From: Lingula anatina
Lineage: Eukaryota; Animalia; Brachiopoda
Reading direction: 5' to 3'
Assembly: GCA_051362555.1 (NCBI GenBank)
Contig: CM120643.1
Coordinates: 14,544,644-14,608,643, forward strand
DNA length: 64,000 nt
Positions within the stretch are counted from its first letter, which is position 1. The number at the start of each line of letters is the position of its first letter. A model generated the notes under the pieces. That model saw only the letters and a program-made list of their open reading frames with translations. It was not told the origin of the DNA and ran no database searches. Positions 24,580 through 56,552 of the stretch are shown one piece after another. A program made the translations under genes and the position numbers.

Positions 24580-25225
24580 GTACGACAGTCTATCACTTGT
24601 GGTACGAAGTCTACAAGTCTTAGGGGGAAGTCTAGGATGAAATCCAAAAAGAAGGAAAACTGTCAAAATCTCTACATATGATGACTTAACTAAACATCTG
24701 TACTACTGGTGAAAATTTCATTTGATCACTTACTATATCATCTATCTTCCCTTTCTCCCCAATGAAAAAGGTCCTGTATTTTTAGTTGAAATACAAATTA
24801 AATCCATTTCATTTCTCCATTCTTTCTGACTTTTGTACTTTCTCAGTACAAAAGTCAACTTCATAAGTCCTCATATATTGAGATTTTGGATGTTTTACTA
24901 CGTGTTTTCGTCATCGTTTTTGCGATGTATCATGCATAAAAGCTTTAATTTCGAGACAGCCTGAGCTGTTTTATCATCTTTTTTTCTTTAAGAATTGTAT
25001 AGTTCTTGCATAACCTCTTACATAACGTTTAACTTATTTCTAGAGCAATTGGAGTGATTTGAATTTGTTTTGTGTACTGACAGTGTAAACTGAAACACTT
25101 TGTGACGACTAGATACAAATATTGTTAATTCAAATAGTGTATGTTTTGGATAAAAATTGTGAAAATATTTGCTTGTTACTACAAAACACTATTAAGTAGA
25201 ATAAAACTGTCGCACAATTGTCCAC
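24580..25225 (+). other. Probable terminal 3'UTR exon of the Cys-repeat gene
   Basis: Donor aag|gtgggt at 24369, long pyrimidine tract ending ctcctcag at 24579, AATAAA at 25200-25205. Confidence 0.45.
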
Positions 25226-25636
25226 CAAAAATTAGCTGAAATGATTCACTTCAGAGATCAACATAATTCAATTGATGAGAAGGGAGATTTGAGTCGAATT
25301 GATTGAATTTTCCCATTCCCCCTTTTTAGATATGCAAAACAATATTGATTGGTCAATATACTTATTATATGTTATGTACATAAGTAGCGAAGTGTTCATT
25401 AGTAACATGGGTGTCAATGTTTTAAGCCACAATAAATATACCAATTACATCAATGTTTTGTTTTTCCATTCACTGATAAGAAAATATAAATCTAAATTCC
25501 TCAAAGCTTTGTCATGAAGAACAAAGGCAAGTACAACACGTCCATTGATGGGATACATGAAACATGCCTCGTGTTTTTGAAATAGTTAATTAAGATATAA
25601 ATTAAACATAAATTTTTTCGGCCTTTAGTGTGGGGT

Positions 25637-25638
<2 letters not shown>

Positions 25639-25687
<49 letters not shown>
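25639..25687. repeat. (GA)n microsatellite
   Basis: Read directly. Confidence 0.95.
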
Positions 25688-25691
<4 letters not shown>

Positions 25692-25744
25692 AAAACAGAG
25701 TTTAAATCATTTCAATTCCCCAATTCCCTCTCCTTGTGTTAATG

Positions 25745-25985
25745 ATAAAGTCACAAGAAAAATAATCACACAAGACATTTGCTATTATTTACACAGGACG
25801 TATAATTTGGAATGCACTTGCAATGATACAACAGAAAATAGAGTTTGAATCATTTCAGCTTATATCAACTTATAGACTATTGTGTTTAATGACATAGTCA
25901 CAAGAAATAGTCACACAAGACATTAACTATTATTTACACTTTCATATGGAATGCATTTGCATTAATTGACACAACACAGAGATAT
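25745..25985. repeat. Diverged direct duplication (~147-bp period) between the convergent 3' ends
   Basis: agtcacaagaaa..tcacacaagacatt..ctattatttacac occurs twice. Confidence 0.7.
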
Positions 25986-26968
25986 GGCTTTGAAATCAAG
26001 ATTAATTGGTTTTCAACCTAAATGTTAAACTACTGCATTACATAGATCACTGAGCATTTATGCTTAACCCACTCACATGGCAGTGATTAAAATTCCAAAT
26101 ACTTTCTGGGCAATATCAACATGGACATCTGGTCAACACGCAAGAACAACTTGTTACAATATAGACATACTACACATCCCAAACAGGAGGCAGTATTTTT
26201 GACTGAACACATAAACATAAGACATTTTAAAAATAGCAACAAATCATATTGACAAAAAAGTTTGACTGAATACAAGCAAAATTAGTTCTTTTTTCTGAGT
26301 AAAATATTCTGAGCAAATCTATTACAACAGCAACACTAAAGAGACAGTGCCAATTTTTTTTTCAGTGATCACTAATCTAAAACAAAACAAAACAAAAAAC
26401 AATAACAACACAAATATTGCATCAAACTGAATGATCTGTGCCCAACCTTCTACTTCATACCCAAATGCATAGTATTAATGCCCTAAATGGATAAACATTT
26501 CTTATATACTACATTTCTCAAGTAGTTTAAGACATGCTACTAAATACTGAACCCCAACCTTTGCTAAATAACTGTGATTTTACCAGAAGTTTACCAAGAA
26601 TTCATGCTGCAGTAACTGTTATGGCCAGTAACTGTTATGGTCATAAGGCTAATTTAAGAAATTCAACTTTTAGCATATTTACGTACAGTCTGCCTCATCT
26701 GTTAGATTGTCAGGTTTTGAGTTACAAAGACAAAACCAATAAAATACATTATTGTGTAAAAAATATATCAAATATATATGCCTGACAGCAATATATCTTT
26801 ACTTTTGTCTGGTGCACTATCTTGGATAGTTTTAGCCATGATTAAACACAAAGACACACACACACACATGTGCATAAATGTATATATTTAGAACCAATAT
26901 CAAATCAACATGACCAATCGGTCATACATTGCGAGCTATGTTATCATCTTTTATGTGAAACTCACTCC

Positions 26969-46042
<19,074 letters not shown>

Positions 46043-46199
46043 TATGCTGGCCAACCATGAAAAACAAAAGAATAAATAAGTTAAACATAAAAAAAGACAA
46101 GAGTTATGATGATATAAATAAAGCTGACATTCCAATCCAAAGCAGCACTGGTGCTAGCTGTTACTATCTATACATACACATACACATACGTGCACATGT

Positions 46200-46300
<101 letters not shown>

Positions 46301-46427
46301 GACAGACAGAAACAAACCTGCATGCACATACACACAAACACACGTGCAAACACACACACTTGTGATTGTATTTTTTTTAATTTTTCTTACTTACCAGCCC
46401 AGGCAAACAGCACCCGACAATTTATAA

Positions 46428-46675
46428 GGCTGCGCTCACATGAAAAATCTATTTTCTAAAAATCTATTTGCGGTATCTTGTGGTCATGGTCTGTGCCCTG
46501 AATACCACGTGGCGTAATTACTGGCAGCGACGAGAATTAATTACAGCTTTGGAAGTAACTGGCTTGCGCTGCCCATAATTACGCCGTGGGGTATTCAGGG
46601 CACAGACCGTGATCACAAGATACCGCAAATAGATTTTTAGATTTTTAGAAAATAGATTTTCATGTGAACGCAGCC
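46428..46675. mobile_element. PIF/Harbinger (Tourist-like) palindromic MITE
   Basis: ~100-bp inverted arms starting ggctgcg(c/t)tcacatgaaaaatctattttctaaaaatc; TAA TSD at 46425-46427 and 46676-46678. Confidence 0.88.
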
Positions 46676-47360
46676 TAAGTCTCATAACACTCTTTAAAAT
46701 GTTGAAATAGAAAGCAATGTTGTGTCTTTCCATCTTGGCTGACAAAAACAAACACAAAATCAATGATATTTTCATACACTGAATGACCCTTGTTATGCCT
46801 GACTTAGCATAAAAATAAAATAGCAAGGACAAGTCTGTTTTATGTGGTTCCCATAGTCCTGAACCAGTCAGTGATTAACAGCCAAGCTTGGCTGAACCTT
46901 GGACCTAAATAGAGAAGGACAAGAAACGCGGCATCTTCCTTTGAAGCTATGTGCGTTCGGGTAAACATTCGCCTATTGTCTCACATAATCTGTTTTGATA
47001 GCTCCACGGGCGTCTGAACAGCTTATTATCAAGGTAGCGCGCGCTGTGCTTTGGTGCATTTCTATTGTTTCTCTGCATTGATAACGCAATTTCTCGCAGT
47101 CCCTCGTGGTTGCTATGATACAGCATTGCCGCCATCTTGCAGTTGCGAGCACACAGGTTTCCGTCAACACGTGGAAATTTATTGAGGGGTTTTCGGCATT
47201 TTTCCCCGTTACCTCATAAAAACGGGGTGAGAAGTTTGTCTTCAATACCTGCTGCCTTTCCCTGTCCGTGAGGTAGTCTCTGACAGGACAGGAATATGCA
47301 CCCAACGACCGGAAATCTCATTCCTACATGTACCAGTAGCTGTGACACCCCGGAAGATCA

Positions 47361-47567
47361 ATCAAATTTACACAAGAACTGACTGCTGGTGAATCAGACA
47401 AATTAAAAATGGACCTTTTTAGCATGTTTGTGAAATTATATATTACCATTAGGGGCCACTCATTTTGCAGACAGCTTAAAGAAAAGTACCAAGAATCTGT
47501 GTCTGCATCTACGAAAGAAAAAGGATTGAGAAAGTCTCTCAAAAGGAAGAGTAGAATTACAGCTTGA
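47361..47567 (+). pseudogene. Residual C-terminal coding fragment inside the transposon
   Basis: Open frame IKFTQELTAGESDKLKMDLFSMFVKLYITIRGHSFCRQLKEKYQESVSASTKEKGLRKSLKRKSRITA*; helical and protein-like, with a basic NLS-like end and no intact upstream frame. Confidence 0.5.
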
Positions 47568-49039
47568 ATTATTACCTAGATTTTCAACAAACAGACAGTA
47601 TGATCTTGTGCATTTATAACATTTGGGTTTTTTCACTTAGCAATTAAGATCTTAATTAGAAATTTCATCTAGGTTTACATTAATTTTAATTAGTTATTTA
47701 AGAGTCAGATTTGTCGTATTAGTTTGGTAGAAAATAATACACCAGGTACCAAAATATGGCTTTCTGTTTTCATAACTGAAAAGCAGTCGTAATTCAAGAA
47801 CTTATTATAAGTATTTATTATATTTGTTTTTTTCATTCAGCAACTATCTTTCATTTATATTTCGCTTTATTTTTCATTAAAAGTTACCCGTTTACAATAT
47901 GAGATTAATTTCACCAATACTGATCTTATGGTAATAAAAAATGCATATATTTGATATAAAAAATCTTTTTTTTATTTCTTTTCACTTCCTTTTTTTTTTT
48001 TTACACAACTTTAAATAATAAAAGATTTGATAAATAAGACGCATATCACTGCAAGAGGGCCAATATCAAATGTGAGTATGAATTTTATCAGGATCAGATT
48101 TTTTAAACCTGTAGTTAGTGTATTCTGAGGTAATTGAATATGCAATTTCAATCAAGCAAGAAAAAACTGTCTAAACATATAATCCATGTTTTTTACATTT
48201 GATTTTTTTTTTCATTATAAGATAGGAAATATAAAACAACTTGAGTACATTCCAATATTTATTATTATAAAAGTAAACATTAAATTTTTAAAATGCTTGT
48301 TACAAAGCTAGTGATGATGAATATACATGTGCAGTTTTCTTGTCTTGTCTCTTTTGTGAAAGTCATGTTGGAGTTATTTCCTATTTGTATCCAAGTAGTA
48401 TTAACTTATTTATAAAAGGTATAAACTAATTTCTCATTGACCTATGTGAATTACTGTTCAAATGTTTAATTAGTGAGTCTCCTCTTGGGCAATGGTGCAT
48501 TGTCCAATTTTAACTTTCCGGCATCTTGTGGAGAGAATCTGGAAGAGAATAAGAATGTTTTTATCACAAACTACTATAAATGACAATTGCCTTTTTTACT
48601 TCTACTTGGACATTTGAGCCACAGGTAAGCCTTATCAAATGCATCTCAAGATTCTACCTGTCAGGTAGATTTTCCCTCTAGTTAAATTTACTTCCCTTGT
48701 TAGGCATGGACTTTCTAGATCATTATCAGCCAGGTAACTAAGCCGTCTGGCCCTTTGATGATTTGATAAAGCCAGCTAGGTGCTATCCAAAGGCATGTCT
48801 CATGATTATTTCAAAGATTTAAAGCACCTGATAACAAGATAATGCAATGTAGCAAGGCAATTACAGAGGTGAGACTCTTATCACAAATGTGATCAAGATC
48901 TACTTTTATGACCATTACCCGAGTAAATATAATCATGAACTTTGCATGTGTACATGTCCACATATACACTTTCACTATAAGACCAATGAGGGTGTTTGTC
49001 AATCGTCTTTATTCTGTTTAGGGAATCCAATTTAAAAAT

Positions 49040-49880
49040 GAAAAACTAATAATTATTATTCTCAAACTGGAGCAGACTTTAGCCGGTCATGTGAATATAC
49101 ATATATACTTCAGAGTAGAGTTAATGTCAACTTTGATAAAAGGATATTAAAAGGCCCACAGGTGCGTTTTTTGTGTGTCACAATTGCATGGGTGGTGCCA
49201 TATTGCAATGATAGCCCATATTAAGAGTTAAAAAAATAATAATTATCATTCTCAGACTGGAGCTGACTGGAGCCGGTAATGTGTAAATATATATATACTT
49301 TCGAGCAGTGTTAATGTCAACTTTGATAAAAGGATATTTAAAGAATCACAGTTGCGTTTTTGTGTGTAACAATTGCATGTGTGGTCTCATATTGCTATGT
49401 TAGCCCATATTGAGAGTCAAAAAAATAATAATTATCATTTTCAGACCAGAGCTGACTGTAGCCGGTAATGTGTAAATATGTATATACTTTAGAGCAGTGT
49501 TAATGTCAACTTTGATAAAAGGATATTAAAAGGATCACAGGTGCGTTTTTGTGAGTCATAATTGCATGTGTTGTGCCATATTGCAATGATAGCCCATATT
49601 GAGAGTTATAAAAATAATAATTATCATTCTCAGACCGGAGCTGACTGTAGCCGGTAATGTGTAAATATGTATATACTTCAGAGCAGTGTTAATGTCAACT
49701 TTGATAAAAGGATATTAAAAGGATCACAGGTGCGTTTTTGTGTGTCACAATTGCATGTGTGGTGCCATGTTGCAACGAGAGCCCATATTAAGAGTTAAAA
49801 ATATTAATTATCATTCCATAATTCGGGCTCACTTAAGCAAGTAACATAAACCTATACATATAGTACACAGCGGTGTTGAT
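49040..49880. repeat. ~189-bp satellite, 4 full copies plus a partial copy, inside the transposon
   Basis: Anchor aattat(c/t)att at 49051, 49241, 49430, 49619, 49806; shared ttaatgtcaactttgataaaaggatatt. Confidence 0.93.
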
Positions 49881-51539
49881 GCCACCTTTATCTAAACCGT
49901 ACGTAAAAAATACCAGACCTAAAACGATGTCGGCGAGTCGAATAAATCGGAGAGGAATTGCGTCATTTCAATTCAAAACACGATTTGAGGTTAAATTATT
50001 ACCGCATCTATGGCTAATTATTTACATAGAGGTAAAATTTCGAGACTAGAAATATTTTTCTATCGGATCATAGCTAAAGACAAGTATTCGACACCGCAGT
50101 TGTACAATTTTAAACACTCATTTTACGGCAACAAACACGATTGCCTTCACCATATTGGGCATTTTGAATTCCTCCATGAACAAACATACCTTATTCTCAT
50201 CTAGCATCCAAAATAGCAAAAGAAATTGTACTTACATTTTATCTCTATAAGTGTCTTGACTCATCCACCCGAACGTTTTCCTCGCCTTATCACCAGCTAC
50301 CTGTCCAAATGACACAAAAAGTCATCAACAGCCGCGATATGCTCGCTACCTGTACGGGAGGTCACCTGATCCGAACGCACATCGTTTCGCGAAGAGCTCG
50401 CGCTAAGCCGATTATCCTTTGATCTTTCTCCGCGTTACTTGTCCTTCTCTATTTAGGTCCAAGGCTGAACCATTGTGAAAAATTAAGAACAAATATCGGC
50501 TTTTACAATACACATATACAGTAGCAACTGGTTCTATTTTTAATTACTGGTATAGTGTATCCATTCAGTGATTCACAGCTATGTTTGACTTAGCTACTGT
50601 GAAAAATAAAGAACAAATATCGGTATTTTCAATCCACATATAGCCAACTGATTCTATTTTACTGCTATACTGCATCTTTTCTAAAGATATGTTCTAGAAA
50701 TCTCTGTGGTATTCATTTTGCCTAACTGATGAGATTTTGACTCTTTCAAGGTGTATTTTACAAAATTGTTTATAATACAAACATGGTTCAAATTTGGTAA
50801 ATTTGGCAGGATTATTGATAAGACTAAACTTAAAAACCAAAAATAAATTGATCAGTTTTTGAGAAATATTGATAATTGATCACCATTGCAGATGAAAAAT
50901 TGTACAACTATTTTAATTTATCACACAACTTTAATTTAAATTCAAATCTTTTACTTCGAATGAGTTTTGAAAAGCAATTTTTATCATTTTATTTTGAAGT
51001 TTAAAAAAATGACATTTGATTAATGGACGGAAAATTTTGACACAGTGATAAATTTTTACTAGTACATAAGCAATAAAAACAATGCGCTTTATATCACAAT
51101 GCACCATTTTTTTTAATGGGAAATTAAACTATTTTTTAAGTACATAAGTAATCTATTGAGTCAAATATAAATTGTGTGGTACTTGTGTCCGGAACATATA
51201 TAACTTCCAAACATACTGAAATCAATCAAAAGATCATCAATGAATAATAAATACTAGTACTCTCAAATGATGTTAATAATGCAACATACTGTTAGTAAAA
51301 AAGACGCTTAAAAAGCTGCCTCTACCAGCATGTGACATTTTACAACCTGATGAAACACAATATAAGATAAATTCTACACTGACAGGCCTAAGCAACATTT
51401 TCCATGAAGCGGCTAAAGAGGCTGGGTGTTTAGTACGCACTAAATCTACACGCAAGCATGGGTGGTTCCCACATATCAGCAAATTCTGGTAGTATACATG
51501 GACGTCTAATGGTTGCCCTTGGAAAAGCATAATTTATAC

Positions 51540-51637
51540 TATACTACTATTTCCTTTTATGCCGTCAGGCATCTTGGGCACCAATAAAGATATTCCACTG
51601 CTCTCTGCCACGAGCTAGGTGTTGAATGGTTCTCCAG
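51540..51637 (-). mobile_element. RTE-like LINE 3' fragment
   Basis: The - strand reads WRTIQHLARGREQWNIFIGAQDA* (compare W....LA.DR..WR..V.AL), followed by a short (tag)n tail. Confidence 0.55.
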
Positions 51638-52922
51638 ATTATTATATTTATGACTGCTACAAAACAGTTGTAAACACATCTGTTAAGGAAGTTTGTCACT
51701 CTTACCCCAGAATACTATTAATTCACATATCAATGAAATAAATTATCTGTTTTATATGAATTATAAAGTCAAAGGACCACAGGCTAATGTAACATACTTT
51801 GCCAGTGGCAATCTATTGTAGGTCTCTATCAGATGTGAATCTTCTCTCTGTTCACCTTTATAGAGCTGTATGACTACAACATGTACATAAGGCTGTATAG
51901 AAATGATTCTTTTCTTATATAATGCCACAAAACTATTACTCATTACAGGACCTGCTTCATTCTTATTTTGCAAAACTTGTCATTTGCATTATAAATACAA
52001 AAATATTAATCTATTAAAAAACATCAAGTGCAGAACACTGAAGCAAAGATTCACACAACGTCTTGGTCCTATAACAGGCCTACCCAACTACCAGACTCGG
52101 CACATAAGGATCCTGAATTAACCGGTATATCGGACCACACTACCCGTTTTCAAGGTGTGTGTCAGATCGCATTTCGGAGTATCAGTCAAAACACCGACAG
52201 GATGAGCCCATTTTTTTCTTTCATTTTAGTACATGATGATAAATTCCAAATTAGCTCATGATGATGGATAAAGAAAAATGACCTAAGCCGAGAAAAACCA
52301 TGAAAAAACAACTCAAGTATGAGGCCCCCTAAATATGTGGTCTACTTTTTTATCTAAAAAATCATGCAGCATTTTGACTTATTTTTTTCTTCTTTTTTGG
52401 TGCATGAAGGCCATTTTCTCCGGATATGTTTGTGGTTTTGTCTCTTTAAGGTATATTTTCAAAGAAAAAATATAATCCGTATCATGACAGATTAAGGGAC
52501 AATTAAGGGGAAAATATGCTTATGTGTATTATACCGGTAGATCTACAGGTATGTCTAGACACCTTATGGCAAGGGCCATATAATATTGATCCTTAATAAT
52601 CAGGTCATCGAACACAGGTATCTACACTAAAAGATTTAAGTTGAACTTCATTAATTAAACTCAGCGGTACTACTACTAGCACTAGTATTAGTATTAGTAG
52701 TCGTAGTATTAGTAGTACGCGTAGGCGGAGCTACATTTATGACCCCGCGTATGACTTTCTGTTTACTACAGTATATCTTTTAGTTGCAAGTGGGAAAGTG
52801 CATCCACCGGTCTGGTCCTTCACCCATGAAGCACGATAAATCATTACTAATTACTGCAAGAGAACTCACCACATGTCGTTTCATTAAGCTGAATCAAGCC
52901 GATTGATAACAAAGCCACTTAC

Positions 52923-52990
52923 CTTTCGTTTATCGGGTGTCAAATGTCCCGACAAGTTCATGTATTGGAGAGACCATATATATAAATAGT
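52923..52990 (-). promoter_or_regulatory. Probable FCSK promoter and non-coding first exon
   Basis: Consensus donor aaag|gtaagt at 52922, TATA-like tatttatatata at ~52976-52987 on the - strand, and a local CpG-rich patch (~52700-53040) in CpG-poor surroundings, between the PHAF1 3' end and the FCSK ATG exon. Confidence 0.45.
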
Positions 52991-54715
52991 GTTGGTGCGC
53001 AAAGCATTCTGGGATACTGATTGCGTCGGTCGAGTATCTCTTGGCTCACCTAACACATTGGCTATTGTTCTTGATGGGTATGTGTGTGTCTTCTTGTGTG
53101 TGTGTGTGTGTGTGTGTGTGTTTAAAATTATTATTATTATTATTTTTAATTTGAGAAGAGGGTAGGGATGGTTTACGAGCTTTGTAAACTCACATGATGA
53201 AGAGGGGTATTTGTAGCACATAAGATGGGAAGCTGGAATATCTGTAACTGCCATAGGGAATACAGTACATAAGTGTGTACCAGAAATTGAATCATGTCCT
53301 TTTTTTCTGCTGTAAATTATAGTAGGTACACGCACTTTGATTTGTTGCCAAATATGACATCAGGGTGCATCTCTGCCAAAACTTGCAATTCGACATAAAA
53401 AAAAGAACGATGAGCAAGAATGTGCATTAGCTTGATAGTTGATCATTTATGAATTAAAATTTCATATGTGAAGAGACTAATAATAATATTATATTGATTT
53501 TACATATATGAAGAAACAACTATTTCAAATTTTATGAACAGTCAATATTTATTTATTTTTTTCAAATGAAATACAACTACATAGTGATGTGATATCTGTA
53601 TTACCATATGAATTCCAGTACAAAGCACAACTTTGTTCCTTATCAGTTTGTCTTTATAACTTCAAAACATGAATACTGTACAATTCCACTTCATTATATA
53701 CAAGTAGAATTTCATTCATCCTGCACCTTGGGTGAAATAGAAAGGGCAATACAAACCCACCACTCTCCTGACCTTCTACGATAAATAAATACCCATCATC
53801 CATTACAGTCATCTTATTAGTTGTCTGACAATAAAAAAATGAAAAACATAGTCAAACCATTTTAAACAAATTGAAATTGTATAATTAACAATAATGTCTG
53901 CTGACAAGTTATTTTTTCTTTTCTTTAAAATTTGGAAGAAATGCTGTACAATGACTATCTGTGTAATTAAATGCAACCCAGTCCAAGGCAGGAGATGCAT
54001 GGAAACACCTTACAGCAGTTTGATCTATGCTCAAGATCAAAACACATTTAGACTCAAAATCTCATGCTTTTGGATTCTTTCTATTTGCAAGGTTCTTTGA
54101 AGAGATTTTTTTTGACAATTTTCCTATCTAAAATACTCTTGGTATGGAAAGACTTCTTAACACTGGGTAAAACTGACCTTTTAAAAGTGTTAAGTTCAAA
54201 ACATCTCAATCACTCCTAAATTTAGAATTACTGACCTATACCTTTGTAAATGCAAACACTTCTTTTAAGAACATTTTCACACTCTTCAAGAAAGCTTTTA
54301 AGCTGCAGCATAACTATGGGGCATGTACTATGGTGAAATAAGTGCACATTCATATCAGAATAATAAAATTTGGCAACTTAAATTTAACCCCCCCCCCCCC
54401 CCCTTCAAGAAAAAAAAAACTTGTCTGGAGGTACCTGCCCTCCTTGTGCTCTGAGAGGATTATACTGTATGGTGCCTGTTATCACCTAAATTGCTGCACA
54501 AAATAATTCAATTAAAGTCAATTTTTGGTTTAAGATTATTCTGGGCATGCAGACAGCATATCATCCTTAAATAATTCAGAATTGATATGTTTACAGCTCA
54601 TAATGATGCAACTGGAAAAAACTCCAAAAAAAGACAGTCATCTGACCAAATCAGTTTTAACAAACGATCAATCTCGGCTCTGGAAGCAGAGCAAAAAGAT
54701 CCAAATGGAGATATA

Positions 54716-54898
54716 GAGCACTTTCAGAACAGCGGACTAACAGATCCACGGATCAAATATGACCAATTCACTTGTATGCTTGTTGCATGATTCCCGTGGG
54801 GAATCTATTTAGTCTTATTGGGAATTAAGCAACAAGCTTTTTAGTGGGTCGCCATATCTGATCTGCAAATCTATTAGTTCACTGTTCTGAATGTGCTC
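54716..54898. mobile_element. Palindromic MITE family, copy 2
   Basis: gagcactttcagaacagcggactaacagatcc ... ttagttcactgttctgaatgtgctc; interior also aligns with copy 1. Confidence 0.7.
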
Positions 54899-56279
54899 GT
54901 AGAGGCTGTTTTCTCAAGGTCCTGGTATTATGTATATATATATCTCTCAAAACCCAACTTCTGGCACAACGAACAACCACAGATATATATACATGGATGT
55001 ATACAAAAAACGGGGGAAAAATGCATAGATAATATGGTTATCATTTTGATAACAGTTGCAACTAAATCTGATTTAATCAACTTGTATTGAACAAATGTAA
55101 ATAAATAAAATTATGCACTAACATTACATAGAAATAATCCTGTAGATTGGTCTTTTTAAGTCAGTTAAATTTGAGTTTCAGTTAGCTTTACAGTATGAAA
55201 AATGACATTGAACTAAATACATGGCATGTTAATTTGTTAAACTGATTGCATTCAGCGAGAGTCCCCATGGAGTTAGATCGATCTATGTAGACTGTTAGTT
55301 TAAATGGGAATGAACACTAAATTTTGTTAAAAAAAGCGTAGAAATCCCTAAGTAACTGGAAAGTGACTAATCACAATCTATCAACTTCAAAAAATTAACA
55401 TAATACACAGAGTTCCAATATTTGTTTTACAATGTTACTAAATGAGATAACATAAACTGAAAAATTTCTTTTTCTTTTTAAATCTGATCCAAATGACTTT
55501 GTTAACTAAAGAGTCTGGCTTTTACAAGGAAGAAATACAGTGTGGAAAAAGTATTATATAAATTCCTACCCACCCCACCAATTTCTTAACAAACCATCTC
55601 ATATAAATTTCTGTATTGTCATTATCTTGTTCTGCCACTAATATACCATATAATAATATTATATATAATATACATATTTATGAGGATTAATATGTGGATA
55701 CCAAAAGCTGGAATAGTAGATTTCTGACTTAAGATTTTTAGCACAAAAAGGTCTGCTATTTATCTGCCATATGATACAAAGTATTCACTAGACTGTAAGC
55801 TTTCCATAACTATTCATACCATAAAACAAACATTTGAGTAAACAAGATAAAACCTTTAACAACTGATGCTGCATTGTTTGCATGAGATCAAACTAAAAAA
55901 AAGAAAGAAAGAAAAAAAATGAACCATGGACTAGTGACTTGGATATTTATAAAATATTTCAATACATTGTGATTAATAACAAAAAAAAGTTTATAGGAAT
56001 TTCACATATTTCATGAATTTGGTGAACCTCATGAAAGGCAAGATTTCTAGCTACGTTAAAATACATCACAGCCAAAAGACATGTTACGCCATGTAAGAGG
56101 GTCATATGAGCAAAGAGACCAGGATATGGTCTTAAAGTGCTGTAGTGTTACTTAGTTACAGTGTATTTGAATCATAATTATCTTCAGGCCCTTTTCACTT
56201 CCATGCAGTACAATTTGCTGTTTAACATCATTGTGACTGACAACTTAAGAGCCTGGCTATTATGCAATATAGTCATCTA

Positions 56280-56552
56280 AGAAGCATTCTGAACAGATGA
56301 TTCGAGGACTAACTGATCCACTGACTAAATATGGCTGACTCATTTAAAAGCAGCACCAATTAATTCCCTGATGTTCTCCCTGCCTCCACCTGTCCTGTCG
56401 CTGCAGGGGCCAAGCAATTAAACCTCGGAGCGACAATTTAATCCATATAATGGCACCTGTAGGGGAAGGGAGACCATCAGGAAATAAGCAGTATTGTTTT
56501 TAAGTGAGTCGGCCACATCTAGTCTGCGGATCAACTTGTTCTGAGTGCACTC
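56280..56552. mobile_element. Palindromic MITE family, more distant copy 3
   Basis: ggactaactgatccactgactaaatatggctgactcatttaaaa is inverted relative to ttttaagtgagtcggccacatctagtctgcggatcaac...gagtgcactc. Confidence 0.55.

Larger units (their letters stand above)
46898..50463. mobile_element. 3.57-kb non-autonomous TIR DNA transposon (possibly P-superfamily-like)
   Basis: 34-bp TIRs, 33/34 identical (cttggacctaaatagagaaggacaag[a/t]aacgcgg, at 46898-46931 and 50430-50463), flanked by direct repeat gctgaac (46891-46897, 50464-50470). The TSD can also be read as 5 or 9 bp. Confidence 0.88.

Noticed and set aside
46947-47305. YY1-type motif and ORFs as the native FCSK promoter or a separate host gene
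   Set aside because: They lie inside the TIR/TSD-bounded insertion; a better host first exon exists at ~52923.
49040-49880. CRISPR-like appearance of regular repeats (also 41843-41952 and 37326-37430)
   Set aside because: Whole units repeat with no unique spacers, there are no cas genes, and the context is eukaryotic.
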